A DNA stretch of 44,244 nucleotides, from NCBI GenBank assembly GCA_902385155.1, contig CABMEP010000051.1, forward strand, positions 1-44,244, written 5' to 3'. This document shows positions 9,406 through 18,774 of this stretch, one piece after another. The stretch is from an uncultured archaeon. Its GTDB lineage: Archaea; Micrarchaeota; Micrarchaeia; CABMEP01. Position numbers and translations under genes: made by a program. Below the pieces are notes generated by a model, which did not search any database, was not told the DNA's origin, and saw only the letters and a list, made by a program, of their open reading frames with translations. The stretch's first letter is position 1, and every line of letters starts with the position of its first letter.

Positions 9406-11217
9406 ATGAAGCCTCTTACTTCAAGGCAGCTGAAGCAGCTGTACTTGAGGTTCTTCAAGGAGAAAGGCCATGCGATCATACCTTCAGCATCGCTCGTGCC
9501 CGAGAACGACCCGACTGTGCTGTTCACCACGGCAGGCATGCACCCTCTGGTGCCTTTCCTCCTGGGACAGCCCCATCCGTTGGGCAGGAGATTGGCGAAC
9601 GCCCAGAAATGCATAAGGACGCAGGACATCGACGAGGTCGGCGACGAGACGCATACGACCTTCTTCGAGATGATGGGCAACTGGAGCCTCGGGGATTACT
9701 TCAAGGACGAGGCGATAGGGATGAGCCACGAGTTCCTGCTGTCGAAGGATTGGCTGGACCTCGATCCCGAGAGACTGTCCGTGACATGCTTCGTCGGGGA
9801 TGGAGACGCCCCGAAGGACGAGGAGGCAGCGGGGATATGGATGAAACTTGGCGTGCCCAAGGAAAGGATAGCGTTCCTGCCCAAGAAGGACAACTGGTGG
9901 GGCCCCGCGGGCAGCACCGGACCATGCGGGCCGGATACTGAGATGTTCTACTGGACGCCGAATGACATTCCTGCGCCCAAAGTGTTCGACCCGAAAGACA
10001 AGAGATGGGTCGAGATATGGAACGACGTCTTCCTGCAGTACAACAAGAACAAGGAAGGCAGGTATGAGCCGCTGCGGATGAGGAACGTCGACACGGGACT
10101 GGGCCTGGAGAGGGTGACGATGATCCTCCAAGGCAAGACGAACATATTCGACATAGAATCGTTCAAGCCCGTGATCGAGAAGATCGTCTCTCTCTCAGGA
10201 CAGGGGATTACCGAAGGGAACAGGAGATCGTTCAGGATCATAGCCGACCACATGAGGGCCGCGACGTTCATACTCGGTGACGAGAAGGGGATCGCGCCGT
10301 CGAACGTGGACCAGGGGTACATCCTTAGGCGGTACATAAGGCGGTGCGTCAGGCACGGCAGGCTTCTCGGGATAGAGGAGGACTTCTGCAGGGATGTGGC
10401 AGGCATCGTCATAGACATCCACAAGGGAGACTACCCTGAACTGGAGAAGAACAAGCAGTTCGTGCTCACGGAGCTGGATAAGGAAGAGAACCGGTTCAAG
10501 GAGACATTGGACGCAGGGATCGGGTTCTTCAACAAGATCGCGGACGGGAAGAGGGCGGTCTCCGGCAAGGACGCCTTCCTGCTGTTCCAATCGCACGGCT
10601 TCCCTGTGGAGATGACGAAGGAGCTGATGCAGGAGAAGGGTCTGCAGATCAGCGCGAGTTTCGACAAGGAATTCGACGAGGAATTCCAGAGGCATCAGGA
10701 GCTCTCCAGGCTGGCGACGGAGAAGAAGTTCAAGAGCGGACTCGCCGACACCCAGATGGAGACGATCAAGCTCCACACCGCCACCCACCTGCTGCATGCC
10801 GCGCTGAAGAAGGTGCTGGGGCCCGATGTCAACCAGAAAGGGAGCAACATCACGGTCGAGCGGCTCAGGTTCGACTTCTCGTACGACAAGAAGGTTACTC
10901 CGGAGCAGCTGAAGCAAGTGGAAGACATGGTCAACGAGGCCATAAGGAAGAAGATGACGGTTATCAGGGAAGAGATGACGATCGAAGAGGCGAAGGCCGA
11001 AGGGGCCACCGCTTTGTTCGCAGGCAAATACGGCGAGAAGGTGTCCGTCTATTCCGCCGGGGATTTCTCGAAGGAGGTGTGCACCGGTCCGCACGTGGGC
11101 AACACCGGCGAGCTGGGGCATTTCAGGATCCTGAAGGAGGAATCGGTCGCCGCGGGGATAAGAAGGATAAAGGCGATCGTCGCCCCCGAACCGGAACAGA
11201 AATACATGAGCCATTGA
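9406..11217 (+). CDS. alaS: Alanine--tRNA ligase, short form lacking the C-Ala domain
   Basis: DPTVLFTTAGM, HTTFFEMMGN, GPCGP..E, EIWNDVF, VDTGLGLER, IADH. Editing motifs HTATH and CTGPH. Ends soon after GIRRIKA. Confidence 0.95.
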   Translation: MKPLTSRQLKQLYLRFFKEKGHAIIPSASLVPENDPTVLFTTAGMHPLVPFLLGQPHPLGRRLANAQKCIRTQDIDEVGDETHTTFFEMMGNWSLGDYFKDEAIGMSHEFLLSKDWLDLDPERLSVTCFVGDGDAPKDEEAAGIWMKLGVPKERIAFLPKKDNWWGPAGSTGPCGPDTEMFYWTPNDIPAPKVFDPKDKRWVEIWNDVFLQYNKNKEGRYEPLRMRNVDTGLGLERVTMILQGKTNIFDIESFKPVIEKIVSLSGQGITEGNRRSFRIIADHMRAATFILGDEKGIAPSNVDQGYILRRYIRRCVRHGRLLGIEEDFCRDVAGIVIDIHKGDYPELEKNKQFVLTELDKEENRFKETLDAGIGFFNKIADGKRAVSGKDAFLLFQSHGFPVEMTKELMQEKGLQISASFDKEFDEEFQRHQELSRLATEKKFKSGLADTQMETIKLHTATHLLHAALKKVLGPDVNQKGSNITVERLRFDFSYDKKVTPEQLKQVEDMVNEAIRKKMTVIREEMTIEEAKAEGATALFAGKYGEKVSVYSAGDFSKEVCTGPHVGNTGELGHFRILKEESVAAGIRRIKAIVAPEPEQKYMSH

Positions 11218-11285
11218 ACTGCGGGTTCTCGGTGGGATTAAGCATTTAAAAGATGTCTGACGTTAGTATTCCAGTCTTAAGGGAG

Positions 11286-11358
11286 GGCCCTATAGTCGAA
11301 TGGTTAAGACGCCACTCTCACACAGTGGAGACTGGGAGTTCGATCCTCCCTGGGGCCA
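11286..11358 (+). tRNA. tRNA-Val(CAC)
   Basis: GGCCCTA/TGGGGCC acceptor, CCACT-CTCACAC-AGTGG anticodon arm, GGGAG-TTCGATC-CTCCC T arm. TTTAAAAG upstream. Confidence 0.93.
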
Positions 11359-11394
11359 CTCATCCTCCTCGAGGATAACAAGCAAGGTGCAAAC

Positions 11395-11754
11395 ATGCCG
11401 TTATACCATCCAGGCAAGATCATCGCAGTGTACAGCCCGACATCCAAGGACGTCGCCGGCTCGGACAGCGGGACGCAGGCGCTCGTGGAGATGTGGGACG
11501 AGAACGTGTTCACGTGCGACGTCGAGAAGGCGATCGCCCCGAAGCTGAAGGAAGGGGATGTCGTGCTCATAGACTACAGCCCGGTGTCGCCGAAGATGAT
11601 GATACCGAAGCAGTCGGTGGTGAAGATACTGCGCGGCCCCATAGCGAAGAAGACTATGGAGAAGTACGCAGAGATCCACAGGAAACGAAAGGCGCATGAG
11701 ACGTCTTCCCAGAGGATGCCCCCGCAGCAGCCGCCATCGCAGCTGTACGGGTAA
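11395..11754 (+). CDS. Hypothetical protein (possible small beta-barrel fold)
   Basis: AAGGTG RBS. HPGKII...EMWDEN...EGDVVLIDY pattern, host-like codons. Confidence 0.75.
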   Translation: MPLYHPGKIIAVYSPTSKDVAGSDSGTQALVEMWDENVFTCDVEKAIAPKLKEGDVVLIDYSPVSPKMMIPKQSVVKILRGPIAKKTMEKYAEIHRKRKAHETSSQRMPPQQPPSQLYG

Positions 11755-11767
11755 CGCTGACACAGAG

Positions 11768-11873
11768 GCCCCGATCGTCTAGTCCGGTCAAGGACGTAGC
11801 CCTCTCAGAAATCTCCTCGGAAGGGGAGGTCCGGAGAAAGGCTAAAACCCGGGTTCAAATCCCGGTCGGAGCA
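11768..11873 (+). tRNA. tRNA-Glu(CTC) with a 31-nt intron at 37/38 (11808-11838)
   Basis: TAGCC-CT-CTC-A|intron|A-GGCTA and CCGGG-TTCAAAT-CCCGG. Positions 32-35 CTCT pair with intron GGAG. Acceptor stem has a C3:A70 mismatch. Confidence 0.9.
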
Positions 11874-11951
11874 TTTAAGTGGCTTAGCGAAGCGATCACC
11901 CGAAATTTACTGTCTCTTTCTCTTCTTATATCAACAATCGTTGAATTAAAC

Positions 11952-12764
11952 ATGCTCGAGCAAACGCCTGAGATGGCTGAGGTCTGCGGTGCATTCATAG
12001 GCGATGGCTGGATAGAATCCAGACAGACATCAATGTACATAACGGGCAATCTAACCGAAGATAGACGGTACTATGATGGACACCTCTCCAAAATATTTTC
12101 GCACAATATAGGCGAAGTAACCCCGAAGGAGTTCCCATACTGGCATGTGTATGGGATAGGTTTCCATAAAAAGAATGTCATTAGGCAATTATCAGAATTT
12201 GGCTTTGTTTCTGGAAGAAAGAATAGAATAACAAGAATACCTGAATGGATAATGAACTCAAAAGATGAACGTATCCAATATTCAGCGCTAAGAGGCATTT
12301 TCGACACGGACGGTTCGTTTTATTGTAAACGAAATTATAGTAAAACCAGCAACACCTGGCGTTTAAGATATCATTGGCAACCGAGAATTCGCATAGGCGT
12401 CGTTTCACCTGGGCTTATTGAAGATATCAAAACAATCGTAGATCGATTTGGAATCAGCTACTCTAATCCGAGTCCACGACCGCCTAGAAAGAGCAATGAA
12501 CAGCCCGCTTATCTGTTTGAGATAAACTCGGTTGAAAATATCAAACGATGGTTCAACGAGATAAAACCAGCTAATTCTAGACAAACCACCAGATATGGGG
12601 TATGGAGAAAGTTTGGGTTCTTACCGCCAAATACAACCCTTGAAGAAAGGAATAAGATAATAGCTGATGAAATAGATGTATACAGTTATTACGCAGGGGT
12701 ATCGAAGCGGTCAAACGAGGCAGTCGTTAAAAAAACGGCCTTTACTCAAGATCTGCTCCCTTAG
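11952..12764 (+). CDS. Free-standing two-motif LAGLIDADG (intein/DOD-type) homing endonuclease-like protein
   Basis: AEVCGAFIGDG and LRGIFDTDGS motifs, both with catalytic Asp. No HINT splicing motifs. AT-rich. The 3' end overlaps tRNA-Leu. Confidence 0.88.
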   Translation: MLEQTPEMAEVCGAFIGDGWIESRQTSMYITGNLTEDRRYYDGHLSKIFSHNIGEVTPKEFPYWHVYGIGFHKKNVIRQLSEFGFVSGRKNRITRIPEWIMNSKDERIQYSALRGIFDTDGSFYCKRNYSKTSNTWRLRYHWQPRIRIGVVSPGLIEDIKTIVDRFGISYSNPSPRPPRKSNEQPAYLFEINSVENIKRWFNEIKPANSRQTTRYGVWRKFGFLPPNTTLEERNKIIADEIDVYSYYAGVSKRSNEAVVKKTAFTQDLLP

Positions 12765-12796
12765 TGGGTTCGAGAGTTCGAATCTCTCCCCCTGCA
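12693..12796 (+). tRNA. tRNA-Leu(CAA) with a non-canonical 20-nt intron at 30/31 (12724-12743)
   Basis: GCAGGGG/CCCCTGC acceptor. Removing TCGTTAAAAAAACGGCCTTT restores GCAGA-CTCAAGA-TCTGC. Long variable arm CCC/GGG, GAGAG-TTCGAAT-CTCTC T arm. Confidence 0.9.
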
Positions 12797-12807
12797 CTCT
12801 CTCTTTC

Positions 12808-15339
12808 TTAATGGAATATCCGCTTCCACGTCTCTGAAACCAGGAAAGGGATCATCGATAGGAGAAGAGCGATGAGCACGTCGTTCTGGGTCAGCGGAAT
12901 GATGCTGAAGACCGTCTGCGCTACGGAGGAACTGCCTAGGATCGTCCAGCCCACCAATGTGACCAGCATCGCGACGAGCAGGCTGTTGTTGGACGCGAGC
13001 TTCGACAACGATGCCCTCCCCTTGCCTGCGAGCTCGCCGGCGACCAGGAACGCCTCTCCGAAGATCAGCAGGGTGAACGCGAGGCTCCTCGCATGGGTCT
13101 CCCCTTTCGCCATCCCGGACGAATACGCCAGCAGGCAGAGCAGGAACAGGAGCGTGCCCTCGACCACCAGGCGAAGGACTGATTTGGTCTCTATGAACGG
13201 CGCATCGCGCTTGCGCGGAGGCCTGAGCATGACATCCGCCTCGGCCGGCTCGCGCTGGAACACGATCGATATCACGGGATGCAGGAACAGCTCGAGGAAT
13301 ATGATGTGTATCGGCATCAGCAGCAGGGGCATGCCCAGCAGAGGTATGACGAATGCGGACAGGAATATCGGCACATGGAAAGCGACGAGGTAGCTGAACG
13401 CCTTCTTCAGGTTGTCGTAGATCACCCTTCCCTGGCGTATCGCCTTGACTATGGTGACGAAATTGTCGTCGAGCAGCACGATCGCGGCCGCTTCCCTGGC
13501 GACTTCCGTGCCTCTCTTGCCCATGGCGACGCCTATGTCTGCGCGCTTGAGCGCCGGGGCGTCGTTCACCCCGTCTCCCGTGACCGCGACCGTGTCTCCC
13601 TGCTCCTGCAGGCTCGAGACGATAGTCAGTTTTTGCTCGGGAAGCACGCGCGAGAACACGTTGTGACTAGCGATGGACCGCGCCAGCCCGTCCTTCGGCA
13701 CCGCGGCCAGTTCCGATCCCTCCATGTGATCGATCCTGCTGAAACCGATGGAATGCGCTATTGCCCTCGCGGTCGCCTTGTGGTCGCCGGTCAGCATCAT
13801 CACGCGTATGCCTGCGGCGTCGCAGTCCTTGATCGATTCCGGAACGCCTTGGCGGACCGGATCGGAGAACGCGAGCAGCGCCAGGAACCCCATCCCTTCC
13901 TCGTCCCTCTTCCTTCCCTGTATCGAATCCAGCGGCTTGCAGGCGAGAGCGAGCATGCGCATTCCCTGCTTCGCCATCCTGTCGTGCGCCTTCTCGATCT
14001 CCTGCCTGGCCTCGTCGCTGATGTCGCACTGGCGGAGGATGCCCTCGATCGATCCTTTCGCATACAGCTTGAACTTCCCGCCGTATCTCCATACGTTGGA
14101 GACGAAGCGGTTCTTGCTGTCGAACGAGTATTCCACTTCCAATGCGCGCTTGAACTGCATGTCCTCGGGGGCGCGGAAGCGCCCGGCGTATTCGAATATA
14201 GATTTCTCCATGGGGTCGGAAGGCTTCCTCTCGCACGCGAGCACCGCCGCCTCGAGCACCTCTCTCGTGCGCGAATGGGCCAGGAACTCGTCCGCGGAAT
14301 TGACGTAACCATCATAATAGACGTTGGTGAGCGTCATCCGTCCCGTCGTCAGCGTGCCTGTCTTGTCCGAGCATATCACGCTCACGCTGCCGAGCGTCTC
14401 CACCGCGGCCATCCGCTTCACGAGCGCGTTGACATAGGCGAGGGACCACGCGCCCAGGCTGAGGAACAGGGCGAACGTGACCGGGAACTCCTCCGGTATC
14501 ACCGCGATCGCCAGGCTGACCGCGTCGAGGAGCGCAGCGGGCCACTGCTTGCCCGCCACGACGATCTGGATAGAGAAGAGGAACAGGAAGAGGAAAGCGG
14601 CGATGATCCCTATGAACGTGATTATCTGGTCTATGTTCTTCTGGAGCGGCGTCTTGGCGGTCTCTATCCTGGAGAGCATCCCGCCGATGTGGCCGTATTG
14701 AGTCTCCAATCCCGTCTTGAACGTGACGCATCGGGCGTGGCCCCCCAGGACTGTCGTGCCCGCGAAGACGACGTTGCGGTTGTTGAACACCTCTTCGGAG
14801 AAGCTGTCCGCGCGCTCCTTCTCCACCAGCATCGATTCCCCTGAAAGCGCGGACTCGTCGACTTTCAGGTAAGAGGATTCCAGCACCACCGCATCGGCGG
14901 GGATCACCTCTCCCTCATGGACGATGAACACGTCTCCCCGGACGATCTCCGCGCTGTCTGCCTCGAATTCCATCCCCCCGCGCACCACCCTCGCGCGAGG
15001 AGAGGCGATCTGTCGGAGCTTCTCCAGCGCGTTCTCGGTCTGGTACGCGATGACAGCATCGATCGCGGCGATGGGGATTGCCGCGAGCAGCATGAGCCAG
15101 GCGTCGAACTGGTCGCCGAGCATGAAGTAGATCGCCGCCGCCCCGACGAGAAGCCAGAGCATCGGCTCCTTGAAGAACGCGAGCAATGAGGAAAAGGCGC
15201 TGGATGTCTTCTTTGGCGTGATCTCGTTCCTTCCATCGCGCTCGAGCCGTTGTATGGCTTCCGCTTGCGATATTCCGTTCTTCTCGTCGGTCTCAAGCTC
15301 GCGCAGCAGGTCGCTCACCACGCGCATTTCGTTGCCCAT
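12808..15339 (-). CDS. Cation-translocating P-type ATPase (type II, Ca2+-like)
   Basis: DESALSGES, IPEEFP, CSDKTGTLT, MLTGDH, TGDGVNDAPAL. Confidence 0.93.
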   Translation of the reverse strand: MGNEMRVVSDLLRELETDEKNGISQAEAIQRLERDGRNEITPKKTSSAFSSLLAFFKEPMLWLLVGAAAIYFMLGDQFDAWLMLLAAIPIAAIDAVIAYQTENALEKLRQIASPRARVVRGGMEFEADSAEIVRGDVFIVHEGEVIPADAVVLESSYLKVDESALSGESMLVEKERADSFSEEVFNNRNVVFAGTTVLGGHARCVTFKTGLETQYGHIGGMLSRIETAKTPLQKNIDQIITFIGIIAAFLFLFLFSIQIVVAGKQWPAALLDAVSLAIAVIPEEFPVTFALFLSLGAWSLAYVNALVKRMAAVETLGSVSVICSDKTGTLTTGRMTLTNVYYDGYVNSADEFLAHSRTREVLEAAVLACERKPSDPMEKSIFEYAGRFRAPEDMQFKRALEVEYSFDSKNRFVSNVWRYGGKFKLYAKGSIEGILRQCDISDEARQEIEKAHDRMAKQGMRMLALACKPLDSIQGRKRDEEGMGFLALLAFSDPVRQGVPESIKDCDAAGIRVMMLTGDHKATARAIAHSIGFSRIDHMEGSELAAVPKDGLARSIASHNVFSRVLPEQKLTIVSSLQEQGDTVAVTGDGVNDAPALKRADIGVAMGKRGTEVAREAAAIVLLDDNFVTIVKAIRQGRVIYDNLKKAFSYLVAFHVPIFLSAFVIPLLGMPLLLMPIHIIFLELFLHPVISIVFQREPAEADVMLRPPRKRDAPFIETKSVLRLVVEGTLLFLLCLLAYSSGMAKGETHARSLAFTLLIFGEAFLVAGELAGKGRASLSKLASNNSLLVAMLVTLVGWTILGSSSVAQTVFSIIPLTQNDVLIALLLSMIPFLVSETWKRIFH

Positions 15340-15374
15340 ACGGCATCAATATCTCTATGGCTGGATTAGAGCAA

Positions 15375-16586
15375 TCAGGCCTGCTCCTTGATCTTCTGAT
15401 AGATGAACACCACGACGAGGATGAACACGAACACCCCGATCAGGTGCAGCGGGGAGATATGCAGCGACGGCTTCTCCTCCACTTCGACCACCGCTGAGCC
15501 GCTGAACGAATACGTGCCTTCGTACCGGTTGACATTGCTCTGCTTGTCGCTGGCGATTATGGAGAACGATACGTTCTGCCCGCCGGCGGGCACCGTCGCC
15601 TCGAATGTGTTCGCCGAGGCGGGATACATCTTGACCTCTGTGTACCCCCCGTCCGCCACGGCGTACCCCAGCGTCGGATTGGAGGCGAGGCCTGACGCGT
15701 ACGTGCCGTCATCAGCCACGGCCGCAGTCACCTGCACGCTGTCCCTGCCATAAGGCGCCGTCCTCACGTCGCGTATCGAAGGGGCGGCGAAATCGAAATA
15801 GATGTCAAGAGTGTCGGATGTTATCGTGGTGTTGATGATCTTCTGCTTGCCGGAGGCGATGACGGAGAATCCCGCCGACTCCTCCGCGAAGCGCGGGAAC
15901 AGCGCGGGAGCGGTCGAGGTCGAGGGCTGCGAATCCCCTCCGAACTCCACCGTGCCGTTTATCCTCCTGCCGAACTCGTCGAACAGCCTCACCTGCAGGT
16001 CGTAGATGGGCAATGTCACGGTTATGGAAGCGGAATCGGACGGATTGACCTTGAGCGCACGGACGATCCCCCTGTAGCTGACCGCCATGTCGGATGCGGT
16101 GCCCGAAGGGAGGGAAAGGTATATCGTGCCGCTGGCGTCCGAAGAGAACATCGTCCCAGCGAACGCGGCGGATGCGCCGCTCACAGGCCGGCTGGAACTG
16201 TCGACAACGGTGATCACTTCCTGCAGGAGCGGGAGCCGGATGAAATACTTCTTGTCGGAATTGTTGAGGAATCCGATCGTGGAGTTGGAGAATCCGACGA
16301 GGGACGCGGTCATGGTGTACGAATGCTCCACGCAGGCGGGATTGAACGTCTCGTCGACCGTGTTCACGAACTCGAAATGCGCCACCCCAAGCCCGTCGGT
16401 CTGCTTGCTGATGCCCACATGGTCTCCGCACTTGGTGGACTGGTACACCACATCGACAGTGGCGTTCTTCAGCGCCTTCCCGTCGCTGCCGATCGCATAT
16501 ACATCGATCTTCTCGGACCAGTAGGCGAACGCCACGCTGGCAAGGAGCATGAAAACGAATGCCGCACCCATTCCTACCCGCGCCAT
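15375..16586 (-). CDS. Secreted, C-terminally membrane-anchored surface protein
   Basis: N-terminal signal peptide, beta-rich Ser/Thr/Val repeats, C-terminal TM helix followed by QKIKEQA. Confidence 0.7.
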   Translation of the reverse strand: MARVGMGAAFVFMLLASVAFAYWSEKIDVYAIGSDGKALKNATVDVVYQSTKCGDHVGISKQTDGLGVAHFEFVNTVDETFNPACVEHSYTMTASLVGFSNSTIGFLNNSDKKYFIRLPLLQEVITVVDSSSRPVSGASAAFAGTMFSSDASGTIYLSLPSGTASDMAVSYRGIVRALKVNPSDSASITVTLPIYDLQVRLFDEFGRRINGTVEFGGDSQPSTSTAPALFPRFAEESAGFSVIASGKQKIINTTITSDTLDIYFDFAAPSIRDVRTAPYGRDSVQVTAAVADDGTYASGLASNPTLGYAVADGGYTEVKMYPASANTFEATVPAGGQNVSFSIIASDKQSNVNRYEGTYSFSGSAVVEVEEKPSLHISPLHLIGVFVFILVVVFIYQKIKEQA

Positions 16587-16644
16587 GAATCATAGACGTA
16601 GATACAGGTTTTAAACCTTGATTCCTGGCGGCAATCCCGGAACG

Positions 16645-17352
16645 TCAGTGCACGAGGCCGCCCGTCACAAATCCGACGCCGTACCCTATGGCCGCCGCAA
16701 GGGCTCCGACGACCAGCATCTCGAGGCCGCTGCGCTTCCAGTCCATCGCCACGAAACGGCCCTTCAGCGCGCCGGTGAGGAACAGGGCAGCCAGGGTCAA
16801 TGCGACGGAAACTGCTACGCTATTGGCTGGGGGCAGCAACACGAATGGGAGCAAGGGAACCAGGCCGGCCGCTATCGATGTCAGGAACATCGCGGCCCCA
16901 TCCCGCGCCGGATCGATGCTTGATGGGAAGATGTGGAGCTCCTCCTCCATCATCATCTTAAGCCACAGGCGCTTGTCCGATGTGATCCTAGACACTATGC
17001 CGTCCAGCATCCTGCCCTTGAATCCCCTCTTCCGATAGATGTCGCGTATCTCCTGCCGCTCGGCCGCAGGAATGTGGTTGATCTCCCATCTCTCGCGCTC
17101 CATCTTGGACTGGTAGAACTGCTTCTCCGCCTTGGAGGAGAGGTAGGTGCCCGCGGCCATGGAGAACGCCTCGGCGATCACGTAGACCGCGCCCGCGATG
17201 ATGACGACCTTGCTGTCGTTGGTCGCGCTGGCCATCCCGAGGACGAGTCCCAGCGTCGAGACGAAGCCGTCCTCGGCCCCGAATATGATCTCGCGTATGT
17301 TGCTCTCCTTCTCGATCGACTCGCCCGGATGGGGCTTCGGTCTGCGCGGCAT
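16645..17352 (-). CDS. VIT1/CCC1 family Fe/Mn transporter
   Basis: IIFGAEDG, FSMAAGTYLSSKAE, ERWEI...E..EI..IY, MMEEEL. Confidence 0.92.
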   Translation of the reverse strand: MPRRPKPHPGESIEKESNIREIIFGAEDGFVSTLGLVLGMASATNDSKVVIIAGAVYVIAEAFSMAAGTYLSSKAEKQFYQSKMERERWEINHIPAAERQEIRDIYRKRGFKGRMLDGIVSRITSDKRLWLKMMMEEELHIFPSSIDPARDGAAMFLTSIAAGLVPLLPFVLLPPANSVAVSVALTLAALFLTGALKGRFVAMDWKRSGLEMLVVGALAAAIGYGVGFVTGGLVH

Positions 17353-17399
17353 GGGAGCAATTTGGCAACGCTTTTTAAAAATGCATCCGAAGGTGTGAC

Positions 17400-17975
17400 A
17401 TGGGCAAGAAACTGCTGCTATTGTCGCTGTTCTGCTCCGCGCCAGCCACCGCTGTGATGCTGTCGTTCCTGTTCAGCTTCTATTCTCCGATAGGCACCGG
17501 AACGGTCGGGGGGATGCAGTCGTTCCTTCTCGGGGCGCTGTTCCTGACCGTGATACCGACAATGACCATACTGTACTTCTATCGCAAGGGCATAATCGAC
17601 ATCGAATTGTCCGAGCGGAGATTGAGGACGCCATTCTACGCGGTCGGCATGATGAGCCAGATGATGGCCGCCATCGTCTTCTACTCGATCCATGACAGCA
17701 TCATGTTCGTGACATCCATGGCGTACGCGATAGTCACCGTCCTCATGATGTTCATCAACCTGAAATGGAAGATCAGCGCCCACGCGAGCGGAGTGGCCGG
17801 CCCGGTGACGGCGATATACGCTGTGTACGGAAGCCAGACCCTCCCGCTCTATCTCCTCCTGCTGCCGATATTCGCGCTGAGGCTGAAGCTGAAGGCGCAC
17901 AACATCTGGCAGCTGATCGGCGGGACATTGCTCGCGACCATCGTGACGTATGTGGTCTACAGCATGATGCTCTGA
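17400..17975 (+). CDS. Membrane protein, PAP2-like
   Basis: Multiple TM segments. WKISAH and RLKLKAH..WQLIGG motifs. Confidence 0.65.
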   Translation: MGKKLLLLSLFCSAPATAVMLSFLFSFYSPIGTGTVGGMQSFLLGALFLTVIPTMTILYFYRKGIIDIELSERRLRTPFYAVGMMSQMMAAIVFYSIHDSIMFVTSMAYAIVTVLMMFINLKWKISAHASGVAGPVTAIYAVYGSQTLPLYLLLLPIFALRLKLKAHNIWQLIGGTLLATIVTYVVYSMML

Positions 17976-17994
17976 CGGCCAAACGCCCCAAGAA

Positions 17995-18198
17995 TCAGAT
18001 GATGTCCACTACCTTGTTCCTGCTTGCTGCGCCGGAGACAAGGGCCGCTTTCTTCCCGTAATGGTCCGACAGCAATTCGAGGACGCGCTTGTTCGCCTTG
18101 CCCTTCTCAGGCTGGACTGTCACCTTCACTATGACCGGGTCGCCTTCCCTCACTTCCTCTTTCCTGGCGCCGGCAGTCACTCTGATATTGATCCTCAT
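17995..18198 (-). CDS. DUF167/UPF0235 family protein
   Basis: PEKGKANKRV...VSGAASRNK motif. Confidence 0.85.
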   Translation of the reverse strand: MRINIRVTAGARKEEVREGDPVIVKVTVQPEKGKANKRVLELLSDHYGKKAALVSGAASRNKVVDII

Positions 18199-18229
18199 GG
18201 TATCGACCTGAAACCGCCTGACATGGAAG

Positions 18230-18424
18230 TCAAAGCTTCCTGTCCTTGGCGAAGTTCTCGAATGACCTGTCGTAGCCGCGCTCCGCCTCCTTGGAGAAAC
18301 AGCACGCCGGAAGCTCCTTGCTCTTGAGGTGATGTCTCAGGCACTCGCAGCAGACGCCCTTGCGAGGGCATCCCTCGTATGTGCATGGGCAATCCCTCTT
18401 GTTCTGGTCTCTCTTGCACTCCAT
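18230..18424 (-). CDS. Small Cys-rich protein (DUF6485-like)
   Basis: CPCTYEGCPRKGVCCECLRHH..SKELPACCF..EAERGYDRS. Confidence 0.8.
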   Translation of the reverse strand: MECKRDQNKRDCPCTYEGCPRKGVCCECLRHHLKSKELPACCFSKEAERGYDRSFENFAKDRKL

Positions 18425-18436
18425 GCGTCGGCCACC

Positions 18437-18715
18437 TCAGCGGGTGATGTAGCCGGTCAGGGCCTTCAGGACGGTGACCGCGCCGATTATGATGATTATC
18501 CCGGGACAGACGAGCTCTGGCATGATCAATCCGATGGTGCTCGCGTACCACAGGCCACCGATGGCAAGGAGGAACAGGCCGAACCACAGCATGCCCGTCC
18601 TCTGCCTGTGCTGCCAGTTCTTCTCCCAGTTCTTGCCCCAGCTCTCCCACTTGGTGTAGCCGAACTCCGGTGGAACATTGACCTCTATCCTGCTTGACTT
18701 CCCCTTCTTCGCCAT
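18437..18715 (-). CDS. Small membrane protein (2 TM)
   Basis: Trp-rich N-part, then two hydrophobic helices. First gene of a three-gene run. Confidence 0.7.
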   Translation of the reverse strand: MAKKGKSSRIEVNVPPEFGYTKWESWGKNWEKNWQHRQRTGMLWFGLFLLAIGGLWYASTIGLIMPELVCPGIIIIIGAVTVLKALTGYITR

Positions 18716-18774
18716 AGTATCACTGTATGTGTTTTGGTGGTCGGATTTTAAACCTTAGTCCGGATGCTAATCCC

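Noticed and set aside
11874..12692. Endonuclease as part of an intein, a group I intron, or one giant tRNA intron
   Set aside because: No HINT motifs (N-terminal C/S, C-terminal HN) and no host gene. Both flanking tRNAs are complete on their own, and no group I core was recognisable.
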